This document shows, piece after piece, positions 12,946-24,399 of a stretch of DNA of 64,000 bases (the stretch's first letter is position 1; every line of letters starts with the position of its first letter). Source of the stretch: Coniocarpon cinnabarinum (Eukaryota); NCBI GenBank assembly GCA_051942205.1, contig JAVECO010000003.1, forward strand, positions 62,001 to 126,000, given 5' to 3'. The notes below the pieces were generated by a model that was not told where the DNA came from, did not search any database, and saw nothing but the letters and a program-made list of their open reading frames with translations. Position numbers and translations under genes: made by a program.

Positions 12946-13205
12946 TGATCCACCGGCTTTGAATCTGAAAGGAATCGACGCCAGACTGATTCTAGCTCTA
13001 TCTGATGCAACCTTTTAGAGTGTGGCCTGCGTCGCCCACAAATGTTCACGTGGGCGGGTAAAGAAGATGAAATGGATTATCGATAAGAGCAGATCGCGAA
13101 ATCTTGGCAAACTCTATATACTGTACCTATTTTGTTCGCCGCTCCCAGTCACTCTGTTGAAGCGAGCTACGATCGCATGCAGAGCTGCATCTAGGGTCTT
13201 GTCGC

Positions 13206-14882
13206 ATGATGATTGACCGATTTATACCTCAGACGGTGTACCTGACTACACAAGAGCGCGAAGCACGAAACAAGGCCAGAAATTCGGTGAAAGCTACATC
13301 GAATCAACAAGAGAGAGAAGCAGAAATCCGCGCTGCAAAGCAAAGGTCAAAGGAGGCTAAGCATACTTATGGCCGAGGAAAAGAAATATCGGTCAATCGG
13401 ATCCAGGACAAAAAGCTCCGCACCAATTTGAAGTCACTAGAGAACAAGTATAAGGACACGGTTTTCAAGGCGCGTGATGCCGAGATCTTGCACGAGAACC
13501 AAGCAGGTCTTCTTGAGCCGGAACATGAACTCGAAAAGACATGGCGCACTAGACAAGATGATTTGCAAAAGGATCTGCCGCTACAGACTGCAAAGAAAGG
13601 GTTTGAACTCAAGCTCAAGGAGCTAGGACCCTATGTCGCAGAGTACACACGCAACGGCCGTGAGCTGCTCCTAGCAGGTAAGAAGGGTCACATTGCAAGC
13701 ATGGACTGGAGAAGTGGAAAATTAGGCTGCGAAATACAATTGGGCGAGACCATCAAGGATGTCAAGTGGCTGCACAACAATCAGTACTTTGCAGCTGCTC
13801 AGCGGCAGTCTGTGTATATCTACGATCATCAGGGAGTTGAAATACATTGTTTGAAGAAGCTTCTCAACGTTACTCATCTGGACTATCTGCCTTATCATTT
13901 CTTATTGGCTTCGATAGGTACAGCTGGTGTTTTGAAATACCTTGATTCTTCAACTGGTCAGATTGTTGCAGAAATGCCAACAAAGCAGGGTGCGGCCACC
14001 GCTTTTGCGCAAAACCCCTACAATGCAATCATGCACGTCGGCCATCAGAATGGCAACGTTGACCTCTGGTCTCCAAACTCATCCGCATATCAAGCAAGAC
14101 TCAAAGTGCACAACGGGCCAGTGAGAGCTTTAGCAGTTGACAGAGAAGGCCGCTACATGATCACTGCTGGTCAGGAATCAAAGATGGCGATATGGGATTT
14201 ACGCATGTTCAAGGACCTTCACAAATACTCGCTGACTCAGCCCGGAACTGATGTCGCCATCAGCGACAGGGGCCTAACTTCTGTGGCGTTCGGTACTCGC
14301 GTCTCGATCTGGCAAGGTTTATTTGACAAATCAAAGGAGGACCAGGACAGGCTCCAACGGCCATATATGACATGGGGAGGTGAAGGGCAACGAGTGGAAC
14401 GAGTTCGGTGGTGTCCTCTGGAAGATGTGCTCGGTGTATCTCACCATGAGGGCTTCTCCAACATAATTGTTCCAGGCGCGGGCGAGCCCAACTTCGATGC
14501 CTTGGAGGTCAATCCATATGAAAACGTCAAGCAAAGACAAGAGAGCGAAGTCAGAGGTTTACTAAACAAACTTCAACCTGATACAATTTCGATGAACCCG
14601 AACTTTATAGGCAACCTAGATCTGACTTCAGCTGAGGAACGCAAGCGGGAAAAGGACAAAGACATCAACTCGAAGGACGTCGTCGATTTGCTCAAGAACC
14701 GCGGTCGCGGTAAGAACAGCGCGCTTCGCAAATACTTACGAAAACGCGGATCAAAGAACGTGATTGATGAGAAGCGATTGAAGGTCCAAGAGGCCTATGA
14801 AGCTCAACGACAAAACACGAAGGGTCGCGTTGAGAAACAACGGGTTGAATTCGGGCCCGCTCTCGCAAGGTTTGCGCGGTGA
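13206..14882 (+). CDS. UTP7: U3 snoRNA-associated WD40 protein Utp7 (BING4 C-terminal domain)
   Basis: 558-aa ORF: GPYVAEYTRNGR, YLPYHFLL, WD repeats, IIVPGAGEPNFDALEVNPYE..RQESEVRGLLNKLQP. Exact start codon uncertain. Confidence 0.95.
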   Translation: MMIDRFIPQTVYLTTQEREARNKARNSVKATSNQQEREAEIRAAKQRSKEAKHTYGRGKEISVNRIQDKKLRTNLKSLENKYKDTVFKARDAEILHENQAGLLEPEHELEKTWRTRQDDLQKDLPLQTAKKGFELKLKELGPYVAEYTRNGRELLLAGKKGHIASMDWRSGKLGCEIQLGETIKDVKWLHNNQYFAAAQRQSVYIYDHQGVEIHCLKKLLNVTHLDYLPYHFLLASIGTAGVLKYLDSSTGQIVAEMPTKQGAATAFAQNPYNAIMHVGHQNGNVDLWSPNSSAYQARLKVHNGPVRALAVDREGRYMITAGQESKMAIWDLRMFKDLHKYSLTQPGTDVAISDRGLTSVAFGTRVSIWQGLFDKSKEDQDRLQRPYMTWGGEGQRVERVRWCPLEDVLGVSHHEGFSNIIVPGAGEPNFDALEVNPYENVKQRQESEVRGLLNKLQPDTISMNPNFIGNLDLTSAEERKREKDKDINSKDVVDLLKNRGRGKNSALRKYLRKRGSKNVIDEKRLKVQEAYEAQRQNTKGRVEKQRVEFGPALARFAR

Positions 14883-14899
14883 TATTGTGAGAGTTGCTA

Positions 14900-15628
14900 T
14901 TAAGATGGGCGACTGCGAGCTACTTCCAAGATGGTTGAACAAGCCCATTCCAACGTTGCAGCCATGCTCTGCTGTAGGGAATCTGGCACGGGAATGATGC
15001 CATGCTCCTCACATGCATCTAAATTGTAAGAGGATTCGACATTACCGTTCTCGAATAAGAAAGAATGGTCTTTAACATAATTCGGCCACACGATCTGATC
15101 CACGTAGCCAGGTGGATCTTTCCAGAAGCCTTCAAGAGTCACGTAGCCAGACCGCGCCTCTCGTCTCGCTTTAGTCGTCTGGTAATTCGTCCTCAGGAAG
15201 AGCTTGACATCAAGCAGGTCTCGAACATTTTTGAGCTGCTGTGAGTATAGGAGGAAACCGTCAATGAAGACGGTGGTTGGGGTTGAAGAATGCGCAGAGA
15301 TTCGTGAAGCACATGTCTTAATGACTTGCGGATCGACGTCACATTCTCCTACCGAGTTGAGATCTTCTTTTGATTCGAGATCCCGTGGTGGTGAACCGTT
15401 TCGCTTGATATAGTGAAGGCACGAAGACAGTTTGCTACTATCGATAGCTTCGAAGCAATCCCAGTCTTGCATGCCATTTTTCATAGGGATTTGGCTGTCA
15501 GGCCAGTAGAAATCATCTTCGTGGAGGATGCAACTTTGAGGAAAGACGTCTCGTAGTAGTCTGGCTAGCGTAGTCTTGCCACAGGATGATACGCCACTAA
15601 TGCCGACGATTAGAGTATCAGAGCTCAT
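14900..15628 (-). CDS. NRK1: Nicotinamide riboside kinase
   Basis: P-loop GISGVSSCGKTT, HEDDFY, DWDC, RREARSGYVTLEGFWKDPPGYVDQIVWPNY. Confidence 0.92.
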   Translation of the reverse strand: MSSDTLIVGISGVSSCGKTTLARLLRDVFPQSCILHEDDFYWPDSQIPMKNGMQDWDCFEAIDSSKLSSCLHYIKRNGSPPRDLESKEDLNSVGECDVDPQVIKTCASRISAHSSTPTTVFIDGFLLYSQQLKNVRDLLDVKLFLRTNYQTTKARREARSGYVTLEGFWKDPPGYVDQIVWPNYVKDHSFLFENGNVESSYNLDACEEHGIIPVPDSLQQSMAATLEWACSTILEVARSRPS

Positions 15629-15793
15629 AGTTTGAATACTATTCTCGTTGCTTGACTTTAAAATTCGTACGGTGTTCGATTGAGTCTTGATGGCGTCCGT
15701 CTATGCATGCACGAAGATGTGTGTTGCAGGCGTTTGTTCCGTCGCTTCAGGCGTCAGCTCTCGAAGACAGCCCTCTGCTTCAATCTATTCTTC

Positions 15794-18065
15794 ATGGACC
15801 TCCAGTCGCCGTTGACGCAACAGTCAAGACCGGAATACTTCAAACCGAAAGTGGTCGGTCTATATGAGGAGATCTTTCATGTACGCAAGAGTGCTACGAA
15901 ACGAAAAAGTGCGCAAGCTGACGAGGCCTGACAGGATGACCAGACTGACCACCCTGAAGGGTTTTGGCAACCACTCTTCCTCCTGAGGCCCGACCAGCAA
16001 GCTTTGAAGAGCATCTTGCTCGAGATTAGTGCCGATGAGCTTCTGCGCGGACACGTCTGTTTTGCTCAACTCCCCAGCTGCCGCAGCTCACTAAGACCCA
16101 AGTAGCTTCCCACCCAGGACCTATTCATTCAAGCCACCATTTATGTACGCAACGGCGAAAAGCCCACGGACGAGAACGCGCTAGATGTAAGTTTTTGTAT
16201 TCCGAGCGCGTAGCATCAGCTCACCGCTTAGACCTTGATAGTCTTTCTCGAAAACATCCTCAGTAAGAGGTATCCAAACCCTAGCTCCGACTCAGTCAAC
16301 GTCCTTGCCGGGCTCGAAGATGCAGATGGAATACTTTCAGATTTTGCCACCACTTTAGAGGCAAGCATTAAAGATGGAAGAACATTGGACATACGAGAGA
16401 GGGCCGTGCAGGCTGTCACGGCCGCTGTCGCAGGTGCATACCAGACCGTTCTTGTCTCGTATTTCATCAACGAGGACCTTTTCGCGGCTCTCATGAAGGT
16501 GTGTGAAGCCCGCATACCAATTGCAGACTACTCTATTCGCATAAGATGTGGATCTAGATCAGGCCCTCTGCAGGAGGGACATCATAGATACAAGAACTGC
16601 TGACACTTAATACAATTCCTGGAGTGTATTCGACCTTGTGGAAGGTACCATGAGCTGACCTTCGTAGCTAGTGCAGGATGCAGGCGAGCCGAACGGTGTG
16701 TTTGCGCCGGGCGCTCTTCTGACACTCCTTGCCAATTACAACAAATTTGAGTTTCGGAATCCGTATCAAATCCATATTGAGGAGTACACTAATGAAGCCG
16801 TCCTGCGGAAGGCGGGCGAAGGCATGAGCTCCGCATGCAACAGCGCGCGAAATGCTTACGTGGATATTCAAGACGATATTCCCGAAGGCTGGGATCTGAA
16901 CGGGACCTTGAGCTGGGTCGGTCTGGGACGCTTCACGAAGAAAGGTTCGAGCGCGCAGCACCCAGCACTTAATGAAGACGACCTGAAAGTTGCTCTGACG
17001 ATGCAGTATGCTTCTTTTGTTGAGATGCATCAGCTCAAGGGTGGTAATGCTGATACGTGGTGCAGACCAACATCAGAAGCAGCCATTCTGCTATCCGTGT
17101 ACGACTTTGCGAATGCGAATCAGGCCTTTCGCTTGTGCTTCTCATCTCCGCCGTCAGATCAGCCCAAGCAAGCGGCACCAGTAGATGAATTTCTGTCTTT
17201 TGGATCCTATCTGACCCAGAACGCTTACCGCTCGTACAGAGCTGTCGTGTACTCACTGGTTTGGCTCCTAATTACACGGCTTCTGCTGGAGGACGTCGCT
17301 GCTGCACACTGTCTCTGTAACGGCGAAATGACTACCAAGGTACGCCTGTGCAGGCAACGGCAGCCTCTATTACCTGCTGCTGCTTCAGACCGGACACGTG
17401 TCGCGATCCTTCTCGACGTATTCGTTGACGGCATCAATCACAATCTTAAGCGTCATCTTGAAGTTGACTTTTACATCATGATCCTTGAACCCATGTTTCG
17501 GGCCTTCTCATACTTGAGGAGATCTCGTGCACGGATTGTGTACCATTGGTCGGAACTTTGGAAGTCTCTCATTGGACTTCTGCGATTCTTAACAACATAT
17601 GCCAGCAACATAGGTTTGCTTCCCGACGCTGAGAGGCTGGCTGACCAACTTGTGGGCATCCTGGCTTTGGCCTTGACCACTGGAGGCTCTTTTTTGATCG
17701 ATGAAAAATCGTACAACGACCTGTTCTATAAGATTATTGAATCGGGAGAACTTCTTGTCAAATTCCGTGACACTTACGGCATTTCGAAGCGGAATGCAGC
17801 AGCAAATATGGAGGTTCTCATCAGCGTTCTTGGGCATTATCAGGCGCTTTTGGAGGAGAAAAAGGGCAGAAATCCAAAGCATCTTGGAACGCGCGAGATC
17901 AACAAGCTCATCAAGGAAGGCTTTGACTCTTTATCTCTGCAGACGAGAGAAGGATTAGATCAATGGTCGCGGTATCGGGAGCCTGAGTACAAGAATTTGA
18001 TCAAAAAGGTCACGAGAATGGTCGTGCAGGACATGAAAACGTTGATGGCGGAGCGAACAGCCTGA
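15794..18065 (+). CDS. ARMH3/C10orf76-like armadillo-helical protein (DUF1741/UPF0668)
   Basis: Multi-exon gene starting MDLQSPLTQQSRPEYFKPKVVGLYEEIF. Later exons carry LLANYNKFEFRNPY, RLCRQRQPLLP, YHWSELWKSL and YNDLFYKIIE. Canonical introns include 15881-15933 and 17006-17065. Confidence 0.85.
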
Positions 18066-18647
18066 GCAGTGCCGTCCGTCGCATTTCGAATATGTACACA
18101 CACTGCAAACCGTTGTATATAGAAGTCAAGGGTCAGATGCCAGTCTCTGATTTCCCGGGCAGCCGAAATTTTACACGCCGGTAGCCAGTCATGATCCTGC
18201 GAATTGGCTGGGATCCATACATTCTTCGCATCTCACATACAGCACAGCTCATGAGTCCTGTGTTCTCCTTCTTATCTGTTGTGGTTGATGTGTATAATCA
18301 ATGGCGCCAGGGCGGTTGACCTGCCTCAAGAACGCGTCCGGAAGGAAGCGCGTCTACCTTCCCCTTTTCATTCAAGTCTACCTTTGCCTAGCAAACCCCT
18401 TCTTGTCGGACTCAAATCATTCTCACAACATCATCATAGTAGAAAAAGTACATCAGATTAATCTACATCTGTATGCTCGCTGAGACTGAGGTGCACTTGA
18501 CAGGACGGCAGTGGCACGCGTCTCTCCCGCTTCTCTTGAGGCCGTTCCCAATCACCAATTCTCTATCAACAATCCCGGAATACTAATTTTGCAAGCTTAA
18601 AAATATCCCGCCAGCCGTCTTTAATAAGTTTCATCCTCTAATCGATC

Positions 18648-20162
18648 ATGGCGCCCAAAGTGCCTGCGCCGCTCTACAAGGAGGGCGAGCGCGTCTTCTG
18701 CTTCCATGGACCCATGCTATACGAAGCCAAAATCCAAGTGGTCGGCAGTTCGACCAAAGAGCGAAGCAAAGATGGTGAGCAGATGTATCGCGTGCATTAC
18801 AAAGGTTGGAAAGCTACGTAAGTGTTTTGATCCTTTTTTTTTCTTCAGCAGCAAGAATGTCCCGCTTCAGCAACCCTTTCCCGACGAATTAGACATACAT
18901 GCACGTTTTTAACGTCGTCAGCTGAGCGTGCACAAATGTCAAGTTTCAAGTGGATCTTGAAGATGCCACAAGCGTAGTGTGAGCTGTTCTGGGGCTGTTC
19001 CTCCAAGATCATCACGTATGGCGTGACCTCCTAAGGTCCTCTTCCATGTTACGCCACTCTATGTAGATCTGATGATGCGAAGCCTACAAGCATGCCCCTT
19101 AACTATGCGCGAGACCCCAAAAGCCCGTTTATAATGAGGACCGCAACGCAGGAAAACAGCTGACTTGGATGTTTAGGTGGGACGACACAGTCGTTGAGTC
19201 ACGCATCAAGCCCATCAACGAAGAAACGATCGCCGAACGCAACGCTTTGAAAGAAGAGCTCGACCCAGCACCAAAACGCAAGCCTACAAAGGCCTCTACT
19301 TCATCTGGAACGACTAACAAAGCACGCAAGTCGACTGGCGGCGCCGTCAACTCTGACAGGGACAGTGAAGCCCGCAGTAGCGGGGTTGGCGGCCGCAAGC
19401 GAGGTCATGATGCTCTTGAAAGTGTAAGTCCGATTTCTGCCACATCTGACTACGGTCCACTGCTATGACTGCTGTCTCGACGCAAATCGTGGAACGCTCT
19501 AGCTAATCCATCAGCAACTTCAACAGGAGGAGCATTTCCTCGCACGTCCGACGCTCCCGCTGCCCATCCCAGAACCACTTAAATCACTATTAGTCGACGA
19601 TTGGGAGAACATCACCAAGAATCTCCAACTCATCCCCTTACCGCATCCCCGCGCCACCGTCTCCGCTCTCCTCACCGACTGGCAAGCCCGTGAAGAAGCC
19701 AAACGCGTCAACCCCACCGACCGACAGATTCTCGAAGAGGTGATCAAAGGTCTAGAAGAATACTTTAACCGCTGTCTGGGACGAATACTACTATATCGCC
19801 TCGAGCGACAGCAATGGCTCGAAGTGCTCGGAAGCATGGAGTCGACTGCCGAGGCGTCCACGGTCCCGGCATCGAAGAAGAAGAAGACGGCCAAGGAGGG
19901 TGCAGAGGCAGCGATTGACCCGACTCAGTTCGCAGGCAAGACGCCGAGCCAAATATATGGCGCTGAGCATTTGACGCGACTGCTGGTGACATTACCGGAG
20001 TTGATTGCCCAGACCAACATGGACCAGGCGGCGGTAGGTAGACTGCGAGACGAGGTTCAGAGATTGGCTGGATGGTTGAGCAAGGAGAGGGAGCGGTTCT
20101 TCGTGAAGGAGTACGAGAATGCGGGGCAAGGGTATCTAGCGAGAGTTAAGGGTGGTTACTGA
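18648..20162 (+). CDS. EAF3: Chromatin modification protein Eaf3/MRG15 (chromo barrel + MRG domain)
   Basis: Exons 18648-18817, 19177-19423, 19527-20162. Chromo barrel [12 protein letters not shown]...[16 protein letters not shown] domain [41 protein letters not shown]. Confidence 0.95.
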
Positions 20163-20417
20163 GTCCCCATGATGATGGAATGGGTACGTGGGGACGGATC
20201 AGAGCGACCTTGGACGGACAGAAGCTTCCATGTCGCTGGAAGAGCGCTCCGAAATCTGCATGAATTATTGGTAATATTGCTACACCTACTTATACACACA
20301 CAACATGTATGTGAAGCGCTGTTTCAACTCGATCCTCGCCGTTGTGACTCTCCTGTAATTGGGTCTGATCGGCTTCGGATCCAAGAATGATGTTATGCAG
20401 TGCCTCCGAAGCCGCGT

Positions 20418-21166
20418 TCATCTGAACTTGCTCACAATGACCGCAATGATCAATATCACCAAAATGGTAATAATCGCAATCGTAATCAATCGGTTGGTAG
20501 CCATCCTGCCACACTTGTCCATTAGCATAACGTACGCAGTCATAAAGAATTTTGTGGGCGCACTCACCTCCTGGCCATGCCCCTCAGCGTCTTTATACTT
20601 CGATCTGTGTACCCCTCGCTCTCCAGAAGCCGTTCCCTCGTCCCCTCCAACTGCGTCCTCTGCTGCGCCAAATCCGCCAGTGTTCCCGCTCCAATCTGCT
20701 CCGTCTCATTTGCCATCCGCTGACTATCTCGCAACCGCTGCGAACTGCGATTCAACCGATCAGTCCCACTCAACAACTGCTGCCGCTGCTCCTGCTGCTC
20801 GTCTCCAAAGCCCATCTCAGGGTCATCACGATACCGACTCCCAAACAGCTTGGCCTTGTCTGAGTTGAGACTCGCCAATCGCCGCTTGAGACTGTCCACG
20901 TCCGACTCGTGATTCCGGAGGCGTTGCGCAATCTTTTGTTTGGAGTCGGTGGGGACGGAGGCTTTTTCCATTTTCATAGATGTGAGGAGTTCGGATGCTT
21001 CATCGAGGAGGCGATCACAGGCGCTAGTAGTGGAGGAACGGTCTTGGGCCGGGAGAGAAGGCAAGGTGTCGAGCTTTTGGGTGAGGTCGGCGGTTACGAG
21101 ATTGAGCTCGGCGGAGTAGCCGTCGAAGCGCTCGGTGCCAGGGCTGGAGTCGAGCGCAGAGGCCAT
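20418..21166 (-). CDS. VTI1: Qb-SNARE Vti1
   Basis: Habc domain, SNARE motif (QRQQLLSGTDRL...ETEQIG...QR), intron 20506-20567, then MATNR and a C-terminal TM helix. Confidence 0.95.
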
Positions 21167-21753
21167 GATGAACACCTGTTTAGTTTCTCGGGGTCGATTG
21201 AGGATAGGCCTGGTGAGGCGAAACGGGGTAGTGCGGTCGTCTTTGTCCGCTGGTGCCTGGTGTTACCGTCGGTCGGTCTTGGGCAATGTTCTGAGGGTCT
21301 ATAAGGGGTTTCGTGGTCGGCAAAAGTGATTGCCGGACAATGAGTATTGGCACAATGACGGCAAGAGGCGCTCTTGCGACAACAAGGACTGGATCTGACT
21401 GAGGAGACGAAATGAAGATGGTCTGGCGAGTTGGCGTCGTCACAAGCCACGGAACCACCACGTCACACGTCTTGGCAGGCACGCGGTGGCGCTAAACTCC
21501 GACGAGGGGCCTTAACCCCGGCTCATTTTCACATGGCTCTCACATGCTGATGACATTGAAGCATCAGCTCTTCACCTGCAAGCAATTTTATAGCGTCGCT
21601 CTGATCTCTTCCAACTTCTCTCATGACTATGCCACACATTCTCACACACGCCATTTCTGCATTATGACCATAGGAGAGGCCAAGTCAAGCTAACAGTCTC
21701 GTGTAGCTTACCTCGTTTGCCTTCATCCAAGGCAACGAGTCGATTCTTCCATA

Positions 21754-23565
21754 ATGTGGAGCGGCGTACAGATGAAGCCGGAGGCCTCGAGCCGAAAGAA
21801 CGTTCCGCCAGACCCGAACAAGAAGCGCGTCGCTGTCATTGGCAGCGGCGTGTCTGGCATTGGTGCGACGTGGGCATTGCATACCAGCACCGGCCACGAG
21901 GTTCATCTATTCGAAGCCGACGAAGTACTGGGGGGCCACACCAACACTGTGCCATGGCGGCACAATGGACAAGAGACACAAGTGGACACGGGTTTCATTG
22001 TGTACAACCTGGCAACATACCGTTAGTAAAAAAGATCTGAGTATATCCATGCGCAGGTCCGTCCTGCTTTAGACATTTGATGAACAGCGTTGGACTAATG
22101 TCGTACGTTCTACACAGCCAATTTCATCAGCTTTCTCAAGCATCTACAAGTTCTCACGGCACCCACAGCAATGACATTCGGTGTTTCTCGAGACAACGGC
22201 GTCTTCGAATGGGCTGGCACCTCGCTAGGGTCTATATTCGCCCAGTGGAGCAACCTTGCCTCCCCACGCTTCTGGCGCCTCCTCTACGATGTCATTCGCT
22301 TCAATGTTTATGCACTGGACTTGCTTCGAAACGCCGATGAGAGCGAGGAGGACCCAGCCAGCGGCGATGTGCCCCACCATGCCAGTGGCAGTCGCACGAA
22401 CGCAAAACACGGAACCGGCGCCAAAAGCAAGCACGACACCCATCAGTCCATCGGCGACTACTGCGACCAGCACAGCTACTCGCAAGCCTTCAAGGACGAC
22501 TACTTGATTCCAATGACTGCCGCCGTCTGGTCAACCCCGCCCCATCAATGTACTCTTCAATTCCCCGCTTTGACCCTCGTCCGGTTCATGTACAATCACC
22601 ACCTGCTGTCCACCTTCGCACATCGTCCGTCCTGGATGACGATACCCGGTGGCAGCGCGCAGTACATCAAAGCCGCATTGAAAGACTTTCCCGACGACCG
22701 CGTCCACCTACGCACCCCAATTATCGGCATCGAAGAAATAAACAACAAGCTCATATTACAATTCGACAACGACGAAGAAGATCTTTTCGACCACGTCATT
22801 CTCGCAGTGCACGGCGACACCGCTGCGAACATCATTCACGATGGCGGCACTGAAGAAGAGAGATCCATCCTCTCTCACTTTCACACAACGGAAAACGTTG
22901 CATACCTCCATAATGACACCACCCTGCTGCCTCGCCGTCGCGCCGTCTGGTCGTCTTGGAATTTACTCACGTCTACATCCCGCACCGGCTCGGCGAGCAC
23001 CGACGACGCTAAAGTCGCCCTCACCTATAACATGAACATCCTCCAGCACATCCCCATCAGCTATTCCGACGTCCTCGTCACCCTCAATCCTCCGACGCCA
23101 CCCCATTCGAAGACGATACAGGGGCAATACATATATCATCATCCACTATACACGCCCGAGACCGTTCAAGCTCAGAAACAACTCCCCACGATCCAGAACA
23201 AACGCGGCATCAGCTACGCCGGCGCCTGGACCAAATACGGCTTCCACGAAGACGGATTCGCGAGTGGTATCGCCGTCGCAGTAGAACATTTGGGTGCTAC
23301 ATTGCCGTTTAATTTCGTGGACGCGACCTTCATGCGGGGACGGCGACCGAAGCTGAGTGTCGGCGATTGGGTTCTCAGGTTCTGCGTCTATTGGATTGGG
23401 TGGCTGGTAGCCGGAGCAGAAGGAGTGTGGTATGCGATTGAGCCCGGATGGTGGGTTTTGAGATTCGGGCTGAAGAGCGTCCAGCAGGCGGTGGGGTGGG
23501 TGGTGGGATTGGGACGGAAGAAGTCCAAGAAAGAGTCGGCGGATGAGGGCGTGAAGAGTGAGTAG
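21754..23565 (+). CDS. FAD-dependent oxidoreductase, amine-oxidase-like (COG2907 type)
   Basis: Rossmann RVAVIGSGVSG, LGGHTNT, VDTGFIVYNLATY|PNF across intron 22022-22117, WSSWN, YAGAWTKYGFHEDGF and a hydrophobic C-terminal helix. Start may be 21772. Confidence 0.9.
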
Positions 23566-23981
23566 ACGGTGCTGGAGAGTTGAAGAGTGAGCGAGTGGCT
23601 CTGAGATGCCGAGGAGGGATATCCATGATCATGTGTGATGATGAAACTTGAATTCATGATTGGATGAATATTGAAAAGAGGACATGATCTCTCCATCTCT
23701 TGGATTGGTGAATGTATCTACTCATTCACTCGTTGCGATGGCCAAGGTACAAAAGCATATATAATCAATACGCATGAATGGAATGCAACGTCAGATCGCC
23801 GGCTCTCTCACACGTTCAAAGGCGTGCTTTATCCGCAATATTACGAAGCATGGTCAACCACGGTGTAGGCTTCACGTCGTAACAATCAGTCATACCTGGA
23901 CAGCTCACGCCTGGACAATCCTCGCGAAAGGGGGGCCCAGACAGAGCAGACTTCACCGACGAGCTGCTCGTCTTGCACGTA

Positions 23982-24399
23982 TCATATACAGGCATTTTGC
24001 AAGTCATACGAAACATTCAATATCCAGCACCGTGCTTCCAAACCCAGTGTCATCGTCCTCGTCTCAGCTCCCAAAACTCTCTGCGCCTCACCACTCGCCA
24101 CCCAATGGTCGAAACTATCTCGACTTTCGAATCCGTAATAGCTCGCGTGCGTGTACCCTTTACCCAACTCTTGAAAAACGTATATCTACTTCAATGTGGC
24201 AGACATGAGTTGAACTCTTGCCTGTTTACTGACAGGATTAAAGCTCCTGCCGCTTACAATGCGCTTGATATGCGGCGTTCGGTCTCAAAAGTTTGCTTTG
24301 CTCTTACAAATCGACGATTTGTGGGAGGATTGAATACACTTTTGCTTGCTCCATGTTTGAGGGGAAGGCGGCAAGGACTATATGCACGACGGGAGCCAT
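23982..24399 (-). pseudogene. Disrupted stress-responsive A/B barrel (Dabb) family gene
   Basis: MAPVVHIVLAAF start at 24399, then fragments TPHIKRIVSGRSFNP and GKGYTHASYYGFESRDSFDHW in Dabb order. The first two pieces are separated by a frameshift and a stop. Confidence 0.5.
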
